From the human T2T-CHM13v2.0 reference genome, Homo sapiens, in assembly GCF_009914755.1 (NCBI RefSeq), contig NC_060927.1: a stretch of 64,000 nt of DNA, one strand, 5' to 3'. The translations under genes and the position numbers were made by a program. A model generated the notes under the pieces. The model had not been told where the DNA came from. It saw nothing but the letters and a program-made list of their open reading frames with translations, and ran no database searches. Below, piece after piece: positions 14,146 to 27,899 of the stretch (its first letter is position 1; every line of letters begins with the position of its first letter).

Positions 14146-17100
14146 GAAAATCTGCAAGTAAACATGTATACAGATTTACAAAAAAAATTGCGTTTTATTT
14201 TTAAATTCACCATTTTTTCTAGGTTAAAAAAAACTGTCTACTCAAACAAATGCCTGTCAATTACCCTCCAATTTTTTGGCCTGCAACTAAATATAAACTT
14301 CATTTTGTTCTGCTAATAATGTTGACCTTTTACAAATAACTTGTCTCTTGTATTTAGGTTAGATTCTTAACCTTAAATATTTATTTACACTAAATTCCTA
14401 GCACAGGACTCAGATATATAAATGATAAAAAAAGAAAAAGATAAAGAAGTGAGTCAGGGAAAGAAGAAAAAAAGAAACTCCTGAAATTAGGAGTAAACAT
14501 CAATATCTGCCTAGAATAGGTAGACCTCAAAAAATAATATTAAGCAATGGTTTAGAATCTTACAAATGAGTTGTAGTATCTATTTGTAGGTAAAATGTTC
14601 TACACTGTCTTTTATGTATAATGTCAGTTAGCTTTAGCCATGACTGACTTAAATCTGCAGTCAGTTTCAAGACCAAGTGCAATTATCTCTAGGAACTTGC
14701 TTATGGAAGGTGAACCAGCCTTCAACAGCTCCTCCATGTGGCCACACTTGTAAAGCACTACAAAACTTTCTAGTTGGAGGTTCAATTTTGCTCAATAACC
14801 TGAAAATTAATTTTTCAAGGAATCCTCGTTGGCATTATTTACAGTTTATTCTTCATTAAATTGCCACTGATACATTAAATAGGAATTTTTTATCTTTAGC
14901 AATGATATGCATGAGTTCTGTTCTTTGCTATTATGAATACACTATCAATGGGCTATAACATTTTTTAAAGCTTTACTAGTTTATAATGTATGTTTCTTCT
15001 TGGCCACAGCCACAGAATGCTTACGGGAGTAACTATTGGCAAGCACATGGTATGGTCAGGCAGAGAGAACCTAAATTCCCCTCCAGGACAAAATAAAACA
15101 CTTTTTCTCCATTTGAATTCACTAAATCTGCTTAACCAGATTTTCACAAAGCTATGAAGTGATTTACTAATTCGGTGCAAACAACAGAAAGCAGCCTTCA
15201 CTCTGGCAACCCCACTCAGCAAACTTCTTACCTGGCAGAGTCTTTAAATCACCCTCTTAGGACAGTCTGTCTTTTACCGTTTGGATAAATTTGTCAAGGT
15301 CAGTACCACAGAAAATCATAAGAAAAAAAAAGGCTGCATTTCCTATTTCAATGCCCTTATTTTAATTTTTGGTGACTTCATTCCAGCTCCTGTACCAACC
15401 CTCCCCACCCATACCAATCTATCTCGCCCTAAACTTTATGGTTCTTTTCTCAGTCTTAAGCTACACCTCTGGCCCCATCCTAATCCCATACAAACTGTTG
15501 CTTATTAGTAAAAGTTGAGTGGCTATGCCTCCCAGAGTAATTAGATAGTTACAGTGACCTTTAAAAACTGAAGTGTTTATTAGAAATCACAAAAACACAT
15601 TGCTTCAAAGACAATGTTTTCGAAGCCACCACTAAAGTGAGAGGGACCGGAGCTGACATAAATCAACATACAGAAACTCTTTTCCCCATTCTTCACCCTC
15701 CTGGTATAGCCCCTCACCACCATATATGTCTCTGCATCATGCTGACGAGTCCCACACCAACCTGACCTGAAGAGCTGAATATAACTCAGATCTAGATGAC
15801 TCCAAGGTGGGCCTAAGATGTCCCCCAAATTTTTTTCTCACAGAAGTTGCCTATAAACAGTTTACATAATGTAAAACTCTAGGTAAATGCTTATCACACA
15901 TTTTGGGGAGCATAAATCAGCATAACTTCCAGATTTTTTTTTCCGGGAAAGTCATAATTCGGAGCCTACTTCCAGATTTCAACAAATTCAATTTACATTT
16001 CAATTTGATATGCACACCCAATCCCTGAATCCACTATCCCATTGGCCCATTTTGTGATTCCTAATGGGCCCAAATTGAAGGTCTCCCAAACTGGAAAGTT
16101 GTCTTCCCAGGTAGATGTAGTGAGCCTGACATTTTCCCACTTGTGTTCAACCCCGCTTTTGCAGATGTTGAAAGAGAAAATAGTTCTATCTGAGTAGATC
16201 AAATGCCCAGTTTTATTAAAACATTGTAGCAGCTCCTAATGAATGGAAATTCCCAGAATGAAGCCTGTCTCTGATGCATTCAGCCCTGTATTCCAAGAGC
16301 TGGGTTAAATACCATGCAGGTTCACCAGCCAATTGACTCCTTGCTCCTTCCTTTCAATTAATAAAGGACCTCAGGGAGCCTCTTGTTTTAAGTGGTGATC
16401 ACAAAACTCATCCTTTATTTCTCTGTTCTTAGATCTTTCCAGGGAAAGAATGTTGAAAGCTATAGGAGTTTTGTGAAGGTGGGCATATCAGAGTTTAATA
16501 TTAACAAGCTTTAGACATTTCTTCAATTAAGATAATTGCCGGAGGTCAATGACTAAGTCTTATAACCCAACAATCTGTATAATATTCTACTAACTGTTTA
16601 ATTAAGATTTATTCTATCACCAGGAAATCCCTCGTATGTATACGCTGGCTCTCTCCACTCTCACTGGACAAGGCCAGTCACAAAGAGAATAACACTTTAA
16701 CATTTAATTCTTCCCCCAAAATCACTGCCCATGCATCCCAAATTTATACCAATCAGTTCTCAGATTAACTAGGAAACCAGAGGGTATAGACCACACAGAA
16801 AGGCCTTGAGATGTCCATTCCATTCTCATATGTATTCTACTTTGGATTTAGCAAACAAAAAAGCACAGAGATAAAATGGGATACTACCAAAATACCTTTT
16901 TAAATGAGATAATTTCTGAAGACCTGAAGGAAGAAAAAGTAATTAATAATTTAAAGTTAGGAGGAAAAATGTCATTTGGGGAAAGCATTGAGCTCACTAG
17001 TTAAGCAACCACAGACTGAAAGCTTGAAGAAACACTTCAAAGACGTTAACTCGAATGGCTTAATGCTCCAAACCATAGGTTCCTACTGGGGCTGTGCTTG

Positions 17101-17505
17101 CAAATGATTTCATAGCTCTGGTCTGGGTTCACATCCAGGAACGTCAAAGAAGACTCAAGGCATATCTGACGTGATTTTTCCACTCATGAAAATTTGTGAT
17201 TTCATGGAAGTCATATAAGAGAATTACAGTGAAATTTAATATGATGCGTGCAGGGAAACAACATGGAAAATTCAGTATGTCAATCGCCAAACCTTTAGCC
17301 TTACCGCAAAAATTCACAGTACCCAATTTACATAAGATTATGAATCTTGGATTGGGAAAACAAAATTTATCTTCTATTAAATATGCATACCAGCCTGAAA
17401 CAAGCTTGTAATTTTATACCTGAAAGTATGTGACTTCAAAACATCAAATCACAGAGTGTTAGAGTTATTAGAAAACTGAGAAAATCATTTCTTCCACACT
17501 TTTCA

Positions 17506-17704
<199 letters not shown>

Positions 17705-17899
17705 GATAAACAGATCCAAAGAGGCCCATCCAAGTCTCCTTTTATTACCTTCCTCCTCCTCCTCCACTTTCTCCTCCTTTTCCTCCTCCAATCCCTCCTC
17801 CTCCTCTTCTTCTTCTCAATCACTCCTCAACCCACAACACAGTCTGAGTTCTGCCTCCCTGACTCCATCCCCCAGGAACAGAAACTTTTCCCCAAATGA

Positions 17900-18620
17900 C
17901 ACCATTACCTATTCGCTCAGTCTTAAAATTTCTGTTCTCTTCACTCAACGAAAGAGTTCCTTGATTTTCTGAATATTTCTGATGACATTGCCCTAGAAAG
18001 CTCTCTTCTGCCTTCACTTAAATGTTAATTGTTAGGTCTCTGCCATAGACCCTTTTCTCTTCTCCGTCTGCATAATCTCCATCAGGCAAAATCCACTCTT
18101 GCCAGGACTGATAGTTCCTAAATCTCTGTCTTTACCCTAGACTTCTCTCCAGTGTGTCAGACCATGTATCCACTGCCTACTTGCATTCTCCACCTGCATA
18201 GCCCACAGATTTCTCGAACTCAACTTGTCCCAAACTGTATGGTCATCTTCTCCCATCTCAAATCTCTTCCTTCTACTGGGTTTCCAAAACTAGAGAATGA
18301 CATTTTAGCTATCCAATCCACAAACCCACACGTCATCCTAAACTCTCGTCTTCAGTCCCAACAACCAATAAATCATAAGTCTTGGAGATCTTATTTACAA
18401 AGCATTTCTCTAATCAGTACATTTGTTGCCATCGCTACTGCCTCTATGCTAGCCCAAGCCGCTGCATTATCTCCTAGCTCTCCTCCTCCTTCAGCTCAGT
18501 TATTTCCCCAACATATTTTCTCCAGAGTAGCCAAAGTGATCTTTCCTGTCATTTCATTACTTAAATCCCTTCAATGTCTTCCCAGTGTTCTGTAATTCAG
18601 CCCAAATTCTAACATGTGTG
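17900..18620 (+). mobile_element. L2 fragment
   Basis: ctagacttctctccag, ctcgaactcaacttgtcc, cttaaatcccttcaatgtcttccc typical of the L2 3' region. Confidence 0.65.
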
Positions 18621-19221
18621 GCAACGTTCTGCAATGTCTGACTCCTCCTACACCTCGGAAGGCACAAATGTCTGCCTCGGTGGTTTTCAAATGCAGTATT
18701 TTTATGCATCAGGTTCTCTTAAGAAGATTAAAAACACATTTTAAGAGTAAATGCAGAGACACAACCTGAAGTTCAGTTATGTACTATAACCTGGTATATT
18801 TTCTTTTGCTACCTTTTCTTGCTATCAATTCTGCCATAGCGCCAGGATCAAGCTGTTGATGCCTGCATACATTATGAAAGACCAGAAAAATAATTGCTGG
18901 TTTCTCAAAATACAGCAGCTATTTACATTTTGTCTTTGGATGTTTCTCTCGATGTCTAAGTTCTACAGAACAGTTCCTTCCACAGAAGGGGACTTTTTAT
19001 CGGAGGAAACATCTGAAGTCTTTTTAAAATATGAAAGCTCCACAGAGATCAGGGAAGAGCAAGATGATGAGAGAAGCAGTATCTGCATCGGTGAAAACTT
19101 CTCACCCATGCCTTGCCAATGGCAGCCCTGCAGCCACAATTAGCCAACCTCAAATTGCCAATGGCTTGCCAAGTAACCCTTGTGTGAAGAAACTTGTTAA
19201 AATATACCAATAATTCTAAAG

Positions 19222-19386
19222 GGCAACAGTTACTTTTCTGAGCCACCAAGAGAGTTTTATAAAATATGGATGACCTGGTGTGATCCCTGGGGTGTCTGAT
19301 TCAGTGGGTTCTAGGTGATACTGGAGCCTATATGTTTTTAAAGCCTGACAGGTAATTCAGACGCACAAAACCTTTAAGAATCTTTG
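19222..19386. mobile_element. MER5A-like MITE
   Basis: tctgattcagtgggttctagg...tttttaaagc...caggtaattcagacgcac. Confidence 0.55.
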
Positions 19387-20960
19387 AGATACACATTTGC
19401 TATAAACTCCTAGAGAATGTCTTCCAGGGTGTCAGGTTTCTGCAGTTGTCTTAAGAAAACCCTCACAAGAATTCCAGAATTCAAATTCGGACATGAGAAG
19501 ATTTTCAGGGGTTCCACAAAGCATCAGGATGCCAGTCTGTCCAGACAGCTCTGTGCAGGATAACAATTCTCACCTAATTCCTCCCTCACCTGGAAAAACG
19601 GGAAACACCAGGATGTAACTCCATGAAACAAATGAAAATCCATGTCAGGCACAGAGATAGAAAACATAAATCAAAAAGGTAACTATCTTTGCTTCCGTTG
19701 ACAGAACAAATAGGTGATTTTCTCAATCTTGTTTAAGTGTGCTGATATTTAAAGAATGTAGATGTTGAGAAACACTGTAAGTATTTTTCAAAACTTTTGA
19801 GAATATTTTACTTTTATAGTAAAAAGTAAGTCTTTGGACGCACACATATTTAGGATTAAATCTTTGCTCTATGGCTTACTAGTTGCATGATAGGGGTAAT
19901 TTGCATACTTCTTTTAAAACTCAGTTTCTTTTATTGTAAAAATCAAGATAACACTAAACAGTGAAAGGGAAAGCTTTCTGATGAACCAGATTATTACTCA
20001 GATGTCTGCAGAAAAGCTATGCCTTACTGTGAGGGAGGCTGGTCAGAAGGGTGGATGGGTGGGGACTCCGTAAGGCTGAAATGCACTGTGTCATTGGGCA
20101 GGGAGCTGAACTAGAGATGAAAATAAAACATAAACAAACTAAAAACTATAAAAGCAGCTCAAGACAATTAACTTTCTAGTTTATGTTAAAGGTCAGGCTT
20201 TTCCATCAGCCCTGCCTTAGCCCCTGGCACAGAGTTTATGGGACAAGAAGCAGAAGAGAGTGGGAAATAGAAAATGTTTTCAAAATACTTAAAAGCGTCA
20301 GTGAGATACATGCTCAGATTTCACTGGGATAAGTTACCTCAGCAGCCAAGAAAACCAAAACACTAAATGGGACCTAAAGGACTTTAGTTTGAAACACATC
20401 AGGGATATCTCCCAAATACACAAGTATCCACAAAGATGATGTCAAAAATCACACAGAAATGGAGAAGCTGGGATGGCTGGAATTCAGCTGGTGCTAAACT
20501 TAGGGATCAATGCTTAATCATGTTTATCCTGACTATATCAAACTGGTCAGATGTAGGATAATGTATTTCATATGTATATAAGACTTCTAGCACTTTCTAA
20601 GAATACTACTCAGCACCCCCCTCTTAGGAACTGCCTCTCTCCACCATCAGCATAATCAAATCCAGAGCTGCAATCTTAATACAAAGTGACCTCAACAACT
20701 GGCCCCAGGAGTGGCTGCCTTGGCAAGCTGAGCTAATGGATTTCTTCTCCAGGACCCTTGGGCTTGAGATGATATAAAGCTTGAGAAGAGTCTTTGGTTG
20801 TTCTGATATTTCATGTTTCCCACTGTGAGAGATGAATCTGCATGGAGTGAGACACAGAGGTAGGGACCTAGCAGCAAGTCCCTAGTTCCAGATGTCTGAA
20901 GCCCAGCTGCACCCCTGTCTTCCCAACACTTTGCTGTTCAGGTCTTCTTTCGACTCCTCT

Positions 20961-21580
20961 GAAGCCAGACATCCTAGCTTTGAATCCCAGCTCCACTTAC
21001 ACAGTAGACTCTGTGGCATGCCACCAAGATCCCCCTTCAGAACTAAAGAAGATTGATTCTCCCAGCTGTTGGGAGTGTTGCCAGCAGACTGCTGTCAGCT
21101 GTCAGCCCCCTCCGGGAACCGTCCTCTACTGAAGAGAACTGCCTGACTCTTCAGGGATAACTTCCATAATATTTTATATTCTTTGTGTCCCAATTCTAAA
21201 AAAACAATGCAGGGCCATCCCTGTCCCAGAACTCTCCATGGAGCTGCCAGAAGCCTTTGTTGAGACTGCATCACATCCCGACTTCTCCCTCTGCCCATTC
21301 CTGTTTCCTGTTCTTCCCCCAAGGTGTTGACCCTAGAAACACTCCCTCATATACTTCCCACATGCAAATGTCCAAACCAGAGTCCACTTCTCAGAGCACC
21401 CAACCTGCAACAACTAACTTGTAGAATCTTGCAAGTCACTGAACTTCTCTGTGCTTCAGTTTCATCATCTATTAAGTGGGGATAATAATATAACCTACTT
21501 CATAGTAATATCATGGGGATTAAATGAATTAATATATGTAAAGTGTTTAGAACAGAACAGCATTGATACATGATAAGTGC
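20961..21580 (+). mobile_element. MIR split by an LTR16C insertion
   Basis: tttgaatcccagctccacttac before the LTR resumes after it as caagtcactgaacttctctgtgcttcagtttcatcatct...gggataata. Confidence 0.75.
21003..21412 (+). mobile_element. LTR16C-like ERVL solo LTR
   Basis: agatcccccttcagaact, cccagctgttgggagtgttg, gagactgcatcaca, acttctccctctgcccattcctg, ends caacctgcaaca. Confidence 0.8.
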
Positions 21581-23158
21581 TATTTTATTCTCTGTTATTC
21601 TTATATTTAGTATTATTTTTATTACTACTATATAGCAAGTTAAGTCTTATTTCCCTTTTATACAACTTACATTGATTAAGATTGGACAAGTTTCTAAGGG
21701 ATCCTAACTTTGAACACAAAGAAGTTCAGGCTTACAGGGTCCCTGAATCAAACATTTATTTCCCTTTTGACTTGGTTCATTAAGAGTCCAAGCATGTAGG
21801 CCTTTAGGGTTCACAGAAGAAGATTCATTTATTGACTCAAGCTTGTGCCTGAGAAAGGGCGACAGGGGTTAGCTGTGGAGCCTGGTTTTTGCCAATCTGT
21901 TGTTTTTGTAAGTGCTGCTTTGTACTTCTGCCCAGAGGTGCTGGTGATGAGTGTGTTGCTATAAAACTAGACATAAAACATGTGAAATGGAGCCTAAATC
22001 ATAAAGACAAAAATTGTAACAGCAGGTTAGATTTTATGGCTTGAATTTGTCTTAAATTGGCATATATAGCATTGCTGCTGGGATCCCTTGAAGTGGCATA
22101 TGCAAATCAAAGGTAAATATGTCCCAGACAATTAAATATTGTTCTACAGTGAGATCAATATTGATAACTGAGCAGTAACCATAACTCTTGATGAAAGGAT
22201 AAATTTCGTTTTTATTATTCTGTTGTGAAAGATAATTCTACTGTGAAAAATTCTGTTGTGTTCACCTAGAAAGTGATTAACTAATTGAATATCTCAATAA
22301 ATATTTCTTATATATCCAAAGCATAATGGAAATTCTTTTAGGAAATGAAGATTGTTTTAGGAAAATAGGTGACATCTGGACCACCCAGAACTTGCCCTCT
22401 GTGCAAGTTAATGCCTTTTTTAGCTATGAGTCCTAATGTAACAACAGGGCAAGGGAAGGAAAGTGGAGAATCAAAAAAGGCTACCTGGCCATAGAAAACA
22501 AGAGGTTGCCCTGGACCCGCTTCTCTAGTCACTTAGCCCAGCACCATGACTTTTTAAACCATCTCTATGTCGGTAATTCCCAAATCTGCATCTAGGTCCT
22601 CTCCCGTGAAATATGGGTCTCCTATCTAAAGCTCTACTTGGATGTCAAATAAGTATCTCAAATATTGAATGATGCTTGATTTTTCCACTGAAAAATCTGC
22701 TTCTCCCTTGGAGTTCCCCATGTTTGTAAATGACCTCAGCTTTCTTCTGGTTGCTCAACAACAACAACAAAAAAACAAAAAAAAAACTAGAAGTTATCCT
22801 TGATTCTTCTTTTTCCTGACTTAATCTTTAAATATATCCTGAATGTGTGTGCTACTTTCCACCTTCACCACCACCACCCTAGTCCAAGCCTCCACATCAC
22901 TCTCTGCTACGATCCTCCAGCCTCTCCCATGATGGCTTTTTTTCTGTCGCTCAGCTCCCAGTTCTCTGCTCTTCACACTAATCATAACATATCATTTCTA
23001 CCTCCATGCCTCTGTGTGATCTCTTCCCCAAGTCTAGATTGCTCATACCCCTGGTCCACACACAGCTCTTCTTGACACTCAGATCCTCAACAGTGACTTT
23101 CCTGACCACCCAAACTAATAAAGATACTAGAAACTTTTCTCATTCTCCCCCCACCACC

Positions 23159-23454
<296 letters not shown>

Positions 23455-23594
23455 ACATGTCCCCTTTTTTTTAATGTGTTGCAAATCCCTCATCACTATC
23501 TGATAGGTTTTTATTGTTTATTTATTCAGCTATTTATTGTCTGTCATGAACATACATACATTTTTATGAATGTACGTCATAAGAGAACAGATAG

Positions 23595-23680
23595 GGGGCT
23601 GAGGTGGGAGGATCACTTGAGCCTGGGAATTCAAGACCAGCCTGGGTAACATAGGAGACTCCATCTCAAGAAAAAAAAAG
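23595..23680 (+). mobile_element. Truncated Alu monomer (FLAM-like)
   Basis: ggctgaggtgggaggatcacttgagcctgggaattcaagaccagcctggg...catctc plus A-tail. Confidence 0.85.
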
Positions 23681-24366
23681 AGAGAGACCTTGCCTGTCTC
23701 TGTCCCCATTGGATATCCAAAAGTAGGGGCTCAGAAAACATTTGTTGAATTAATGAATGAGTGGTAATAACCAAATATTGGAAAATCAAGTCAAAAACAA
23801 GACCAAACTGATAAGGGAATGCATAGATTAAGTAAAAGTCTACCATGTTCTGAGTGCCATGTTACTCATTTTTATATATGCTAATTTATTTAATCTAACC
23901 ATCATCTATCTGAAGTAGATTATATTGTGATAATCTCACATTTTTAAGTCAAAGAAAAAAATGCAAAGAAGTTAAGTATTTTTCCCAAGTTCAAACTAGT
24001 AAAACACAGCAAGGCTAAGTGTGACTTTAAAACCCAGCTCCTTCCAACAATCACATTGGTTTGCTATCAGATCCCAAGTCTTCACTCATTTCCCTTCATT
24101 ACTGGTAATGAGAAGTAGGTATTCATGATTCAAATAATCTTTTTCATTTATACTCTGGCAAAATTCCTCTGATTCTAGTTATACTTCATGCAAAGAATCT
24201 ACCATGAGATTACTTATCAGGTAGTGAAAAGATTTGTACAATAATAAAAGTGTAACAATAAATATATATTTCATATTTACCTTTGGAAAAAAAATACATC
24301 TTAGCTCATTAGACTAAATTGTCAGTTATCTGAAGCTTATAAAAGGATAGCCTGGATTCACACTGT

Positions 24367-24368
<2 letters not shown>

Positions 24369-24409
<41 letters not shown>
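24369..24409. repeat. (CA)n microsatellite, about 20 units
   Basis: Uninterrupted CA run. Confidence 0.98.
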
Positions 24410-24411
<2 letters not shown>

Positions 24412-24766
24412 CTATTGCTTCCCTGATTAACTTCGTGGCTTCACTGAAATGTAGAAAACACACGAGATTTTTACAAACAGTATTATTTTTATACTTTGGC
24501 CCACTACATATGAAAAGAGGGGATTGTACCAGATGGCCTCTGAGATCCCTGCCAGCTCTCGCCTCCCAGGAATAAACAAGCAGAGTGGGAAGAACACAGG
24601 CTTTGAAGTAAAACAGACCCAAATTGTAACAGTGAACCTCTCAGAACTTTTATTATTCTGTAAAATTAACATAATAAATTTACTTCTCAGAGTGGTTATA
24701 AAGACTGGTAAGGCACTTAGTACAAAGACTAGTGCGCCCATATTTTTATATGGTCGCCATTATGAT

Positions 24767-25285
24767 TGTTATGAGTTAAGTTGTGTCCCCTTAATAAAGA
24801 GATGTTGAAACCCTGACATCCGATGCCTCAAAAATGTGACCTTATTTGAAAATAGGATCTTCATAGAGGTAATCAAATCAGAATGAGGTAATTAAGGTAG
24901 GCCCTAAATCAATATGATTGATTAAAAGGGGGAATTTGGATACAGAGACAGACATACACAAAAAGGGGAAATTTGGATACAGAGACAGACATACACAAAA
25001 AGGAGGAATTTGGATACAGAGATAGACATACACAGAGAGAATGTTGTGTGAAGATGATGGCAGAGATCGAGCCAAGGGACACTACAGATTGCCACCAAAC
25101 CACCAGAGACAGGCTAGGCAAGAGGCATGGAACAGACTCTCCCTCACAGCCCTCAGGAGGAGTCAACCCTGCCCACACCTGGATCTTGAACTTCAGGCCT
25201 CTGGAACCATGAGACAATAAATTTCTATTGTTTGGGCCAGTCAGTTTATGGTACTTTGTTACAGCAGCCCTAGCAAACTAAGACA
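24767..25285 (+). mobile_element. MLT1B/C-type MaLR solo LTR with internal tandem triplication
   Basis: tgttatgagttaagttgtgtcccc start, gtgaccttatttgaaaatagg, acaataaatttctattg, ends cagccctagcaaactaagaca. Confidence 0.88.
24924..25034. repeat. Minisatellite, 3 x 37 bp
   Basis: Unit AAAAGGRGRAATTTGGATACAGAGAYAGACATACACA starting at 24924, 24961 and 24998. Confidence 0.97.
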
Positions 25286-25449
25286 GGACTCTGAGTGACT
25301 AACTGTTCCTGGTGTATTTGTGTTGTTTTTCCACCTAGCAGTCAATGGTTTTGAAACTCTTTGACAGCAAGCTCAGCAAGAAAAATATTTTACATAGTCA
25401 CAAAATATATATACATATATATGTATAAATGCTCACACACACACAATAC

Positions 25450-25466
25450 TAGATAGATAAATAGAT

Positions 25467-25506
<40 letters not shown>
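25450..25506. repeat. (GATA)n tetranucleotide STR
   Basis: tagatagataaatagatgatagatagataga... Confidence 0.97.
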
Positions 25507-25507
<1 letters not shown>

Positions 25508-26410
25508 AATGTTGCAGACTGTTACCTTAAATGCACTCTGATATTTTCTATTCTGCTATTTTTAACCTGGTAGTAGCGCACTAACTTGATTTCACCACCA
25601 CTTAAGAAGCACTAAGCTGGACTACAAACTCCTTCAGAGCATGAACACACCTCTCTTTTCTTAGCCTCTACCCAACACTGGACATGTAATAGTCAAAGAA
25701 ACACTTCATGATTGACTTTTAAGGCCAAGACTTATATGATGCCTTTTTTATGTCACTACTTTGAGCTCTTTTCATAAATCTATACCAAAATATTCAATGT
25801 CCATGGGAATTCTTGAGTAACTACCAGAAAAGCATGTGGCAATGACTGGTGAATATTCCTAGATCAAATCATATCATGATAAAAATATATGTTGGATGTT
25901 TCTTTAATACACAGATTACTTTTATCCTGGGTGGTATTAGTTTTTCCAAGGGTGCTGCTGTTCTGCATGCTGGTTATAAACCCCCAAAATTAGTATATGT
26001 AAATCAAGGTTGCTTTTAACCATAAGAAAACCTGTGATTTTCATCAGATGTTATACATATTGGGAAGGGAAAAAGAAGTTGCTTCAATATTTTATATCAT
26101 ATTGCTGCATATTAAAATGAATTATATCAAATAAATATTAAATAATAAGTGATAAATGCTTCTCACTGGTGAATTAAGATATTAGGCAATTGATGTGTTA
26201 AACTTTTGAGGATGTTTGTGGATTTATTAGTTATCTATGTTTATTCTCTTTATAAAATCTCAAAAATATAGTCCAATGTAAAAGCCACAGATAACTATTC
26301 AGTGCTTACTATATCTGCAAGAAACTATGTCCAATATAAAATTATATGAGATGAGATATCTACCCTCTAGGCCCTGCTTAAAATTTGGTTGAATTAAAAG
26401 ACACAGGACT

Positions 26411-26724
26411 GGCCAGGCGCAGTGGCTCATGCCTGTAATTCCAACACTTTGCATGGCTGATGTGGGAAGATTGCTTGAGTCCTGGAATTCGAGACCAGTC
26501 TGGGCAAGATAGCAAGACTCCATCTCTACAGAAAATTTCAAAAATTAGCCAAGCATGGTGGAATGTGCCTATAGTCCCAGCTATTCAGGAGGCTGAGGTG
26601 GGAGGATCATTTGAGCCTGGGAGGTCGAGGCTGCATTGAGCTGTGATCGCAATGCTGCACTCCAATCCAGGCAACAGAGTGAGACCCTGTCTCAAACAAA
26701 ACAAAACAAAACAAACAAACAACA
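26411..26724 (+). mobile_element. AluJ with (CAAAA/CAAA)n tail
   Basis: Dimeric Alu with J-type gaggtcgaggctgca and TSD acacaggact/acataggact. Confidence 0.93.
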
Positions 26725-27049
26725 ACATAGGACTACTGGACTAGGTGCAGTTTGACTGCAGTTACAGCCATGACTACCCATTTCTATCACCTCTCAAACC
26801 TCCACCACCACCACCACTATTAACTTAATTTCCAATGAAAGAAGTAGTCCAAGTAGAGATAAAACTGTCCCTTGCATTAAATACTCTGGCTGGGAGTTCT
26901 TCACCTGCCAAGAAACTTCAGCACCACTCCTCTCTCCCATGCACCCAACACCCTCAAGCCCCCACAGTAGGGTACATCAGTTTATGCTTCAAAATTTGCT
27001 CCTGATGCTATCAACCACACCAACAAGAAAATTCCCTTCCCTTCCCTCA

Positions 27050-27720
27050 TCTGGGTACTCACAATGTGCTCAGCTAATCAGGTGTTTTTAAAATTTTTGA
27101 AATAAAATATTTTAATGCTATATTCCTACTCTGACCTTCCCCCATTATATTTCTCCTAATGTAGGTGGTATGGCAGTGGCTCTAGGCAATTCTGGAATCC
27201 AAAGAAGAGTTGAATTGGGGATGTATTTGGTTTGGATTAAGTGGGATCTATTCATGTGATTCACAGTCAATATAGAGATAGCACAGTTAGTGTTCCAGTG
27301 GGAGAATGGCTTCGGAGAATTCTAGTGGCCCCTATGCTGACTCAGCCAGTGTCATAACATCAAACTACAGGGCCAACCATTGCATCACAATATGACAGGG
27401 CCTATGATATCCAGCACCAGATGTACATAGGTACTGAAGGGAAGACGAGTATTGACATGGAAGGAATCAGGAGGTGATCTGTTAAAAAATTATTTTAAAT
27501 TTTACTTCCAATATGAAAGAAATTTTGCCAAGTCTGACAACCCCAAAAATGTACATATCACTACCAATAACAAGTTGAAAATTGAAAGAAACTTTAAAAT
27601 AAAGAACAATGAAAAATAAACATTGCCGATCGTTCCAGAGGAAATGCTAACTTATCTTTCTATTCTCTTTGAACAGGTGATCCAAAGACTATGCAGGCAA
27701 AACATGAAAGAAAAAAATCT
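27050..27720 (+). mobile_element. hAT-Tip100 transposon remnant (Zaphod/MER113-like)
   Basis: ctaccaataacaagttgaaaattgaaagaaacttt...gaggaaatgctaacttatctttctattctct is a decayed hAT dimerisation-domain sequence (PITSCxAERNFS...EERLNYLSIL type). Confidence 0.6.
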
Positions 27721-27899
27721 AGAAGTGGATCAGGAAGTAGCCCAAGAACAGTCAATAGAGCAACCTAATGGCAGGAGATTCCAGAAAAACGCCCAAAAAA
27801 GTCCTTTCTGGAGGAAGAGTTTGCCCTGAAATAAAACCTATATACTTTGCAAGAGCTGAGAGATGTGAGAAAGACTAGGAGGAGAGAGAGAAAGACAAA

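Noticed and set aside
15227-15238. Match to the U1 snRNA 5' end as a possible U1 pseudogene
   Set aside because: Similarity stops after 12 nt (no GGGAGATACC continuation). Better explained as a minus-strand splice-donor-like sequence.
18152-18595. 147-aa ORF
   Set aside because: Non-ATG start within a decayed L2 element, with no splice or promoter context.
24924-25034. 37-bp repeats of CRISPR-like length
   Set aside because: Head-to-tail with no spacers, inside a mammalian LTR, with no cas genes.
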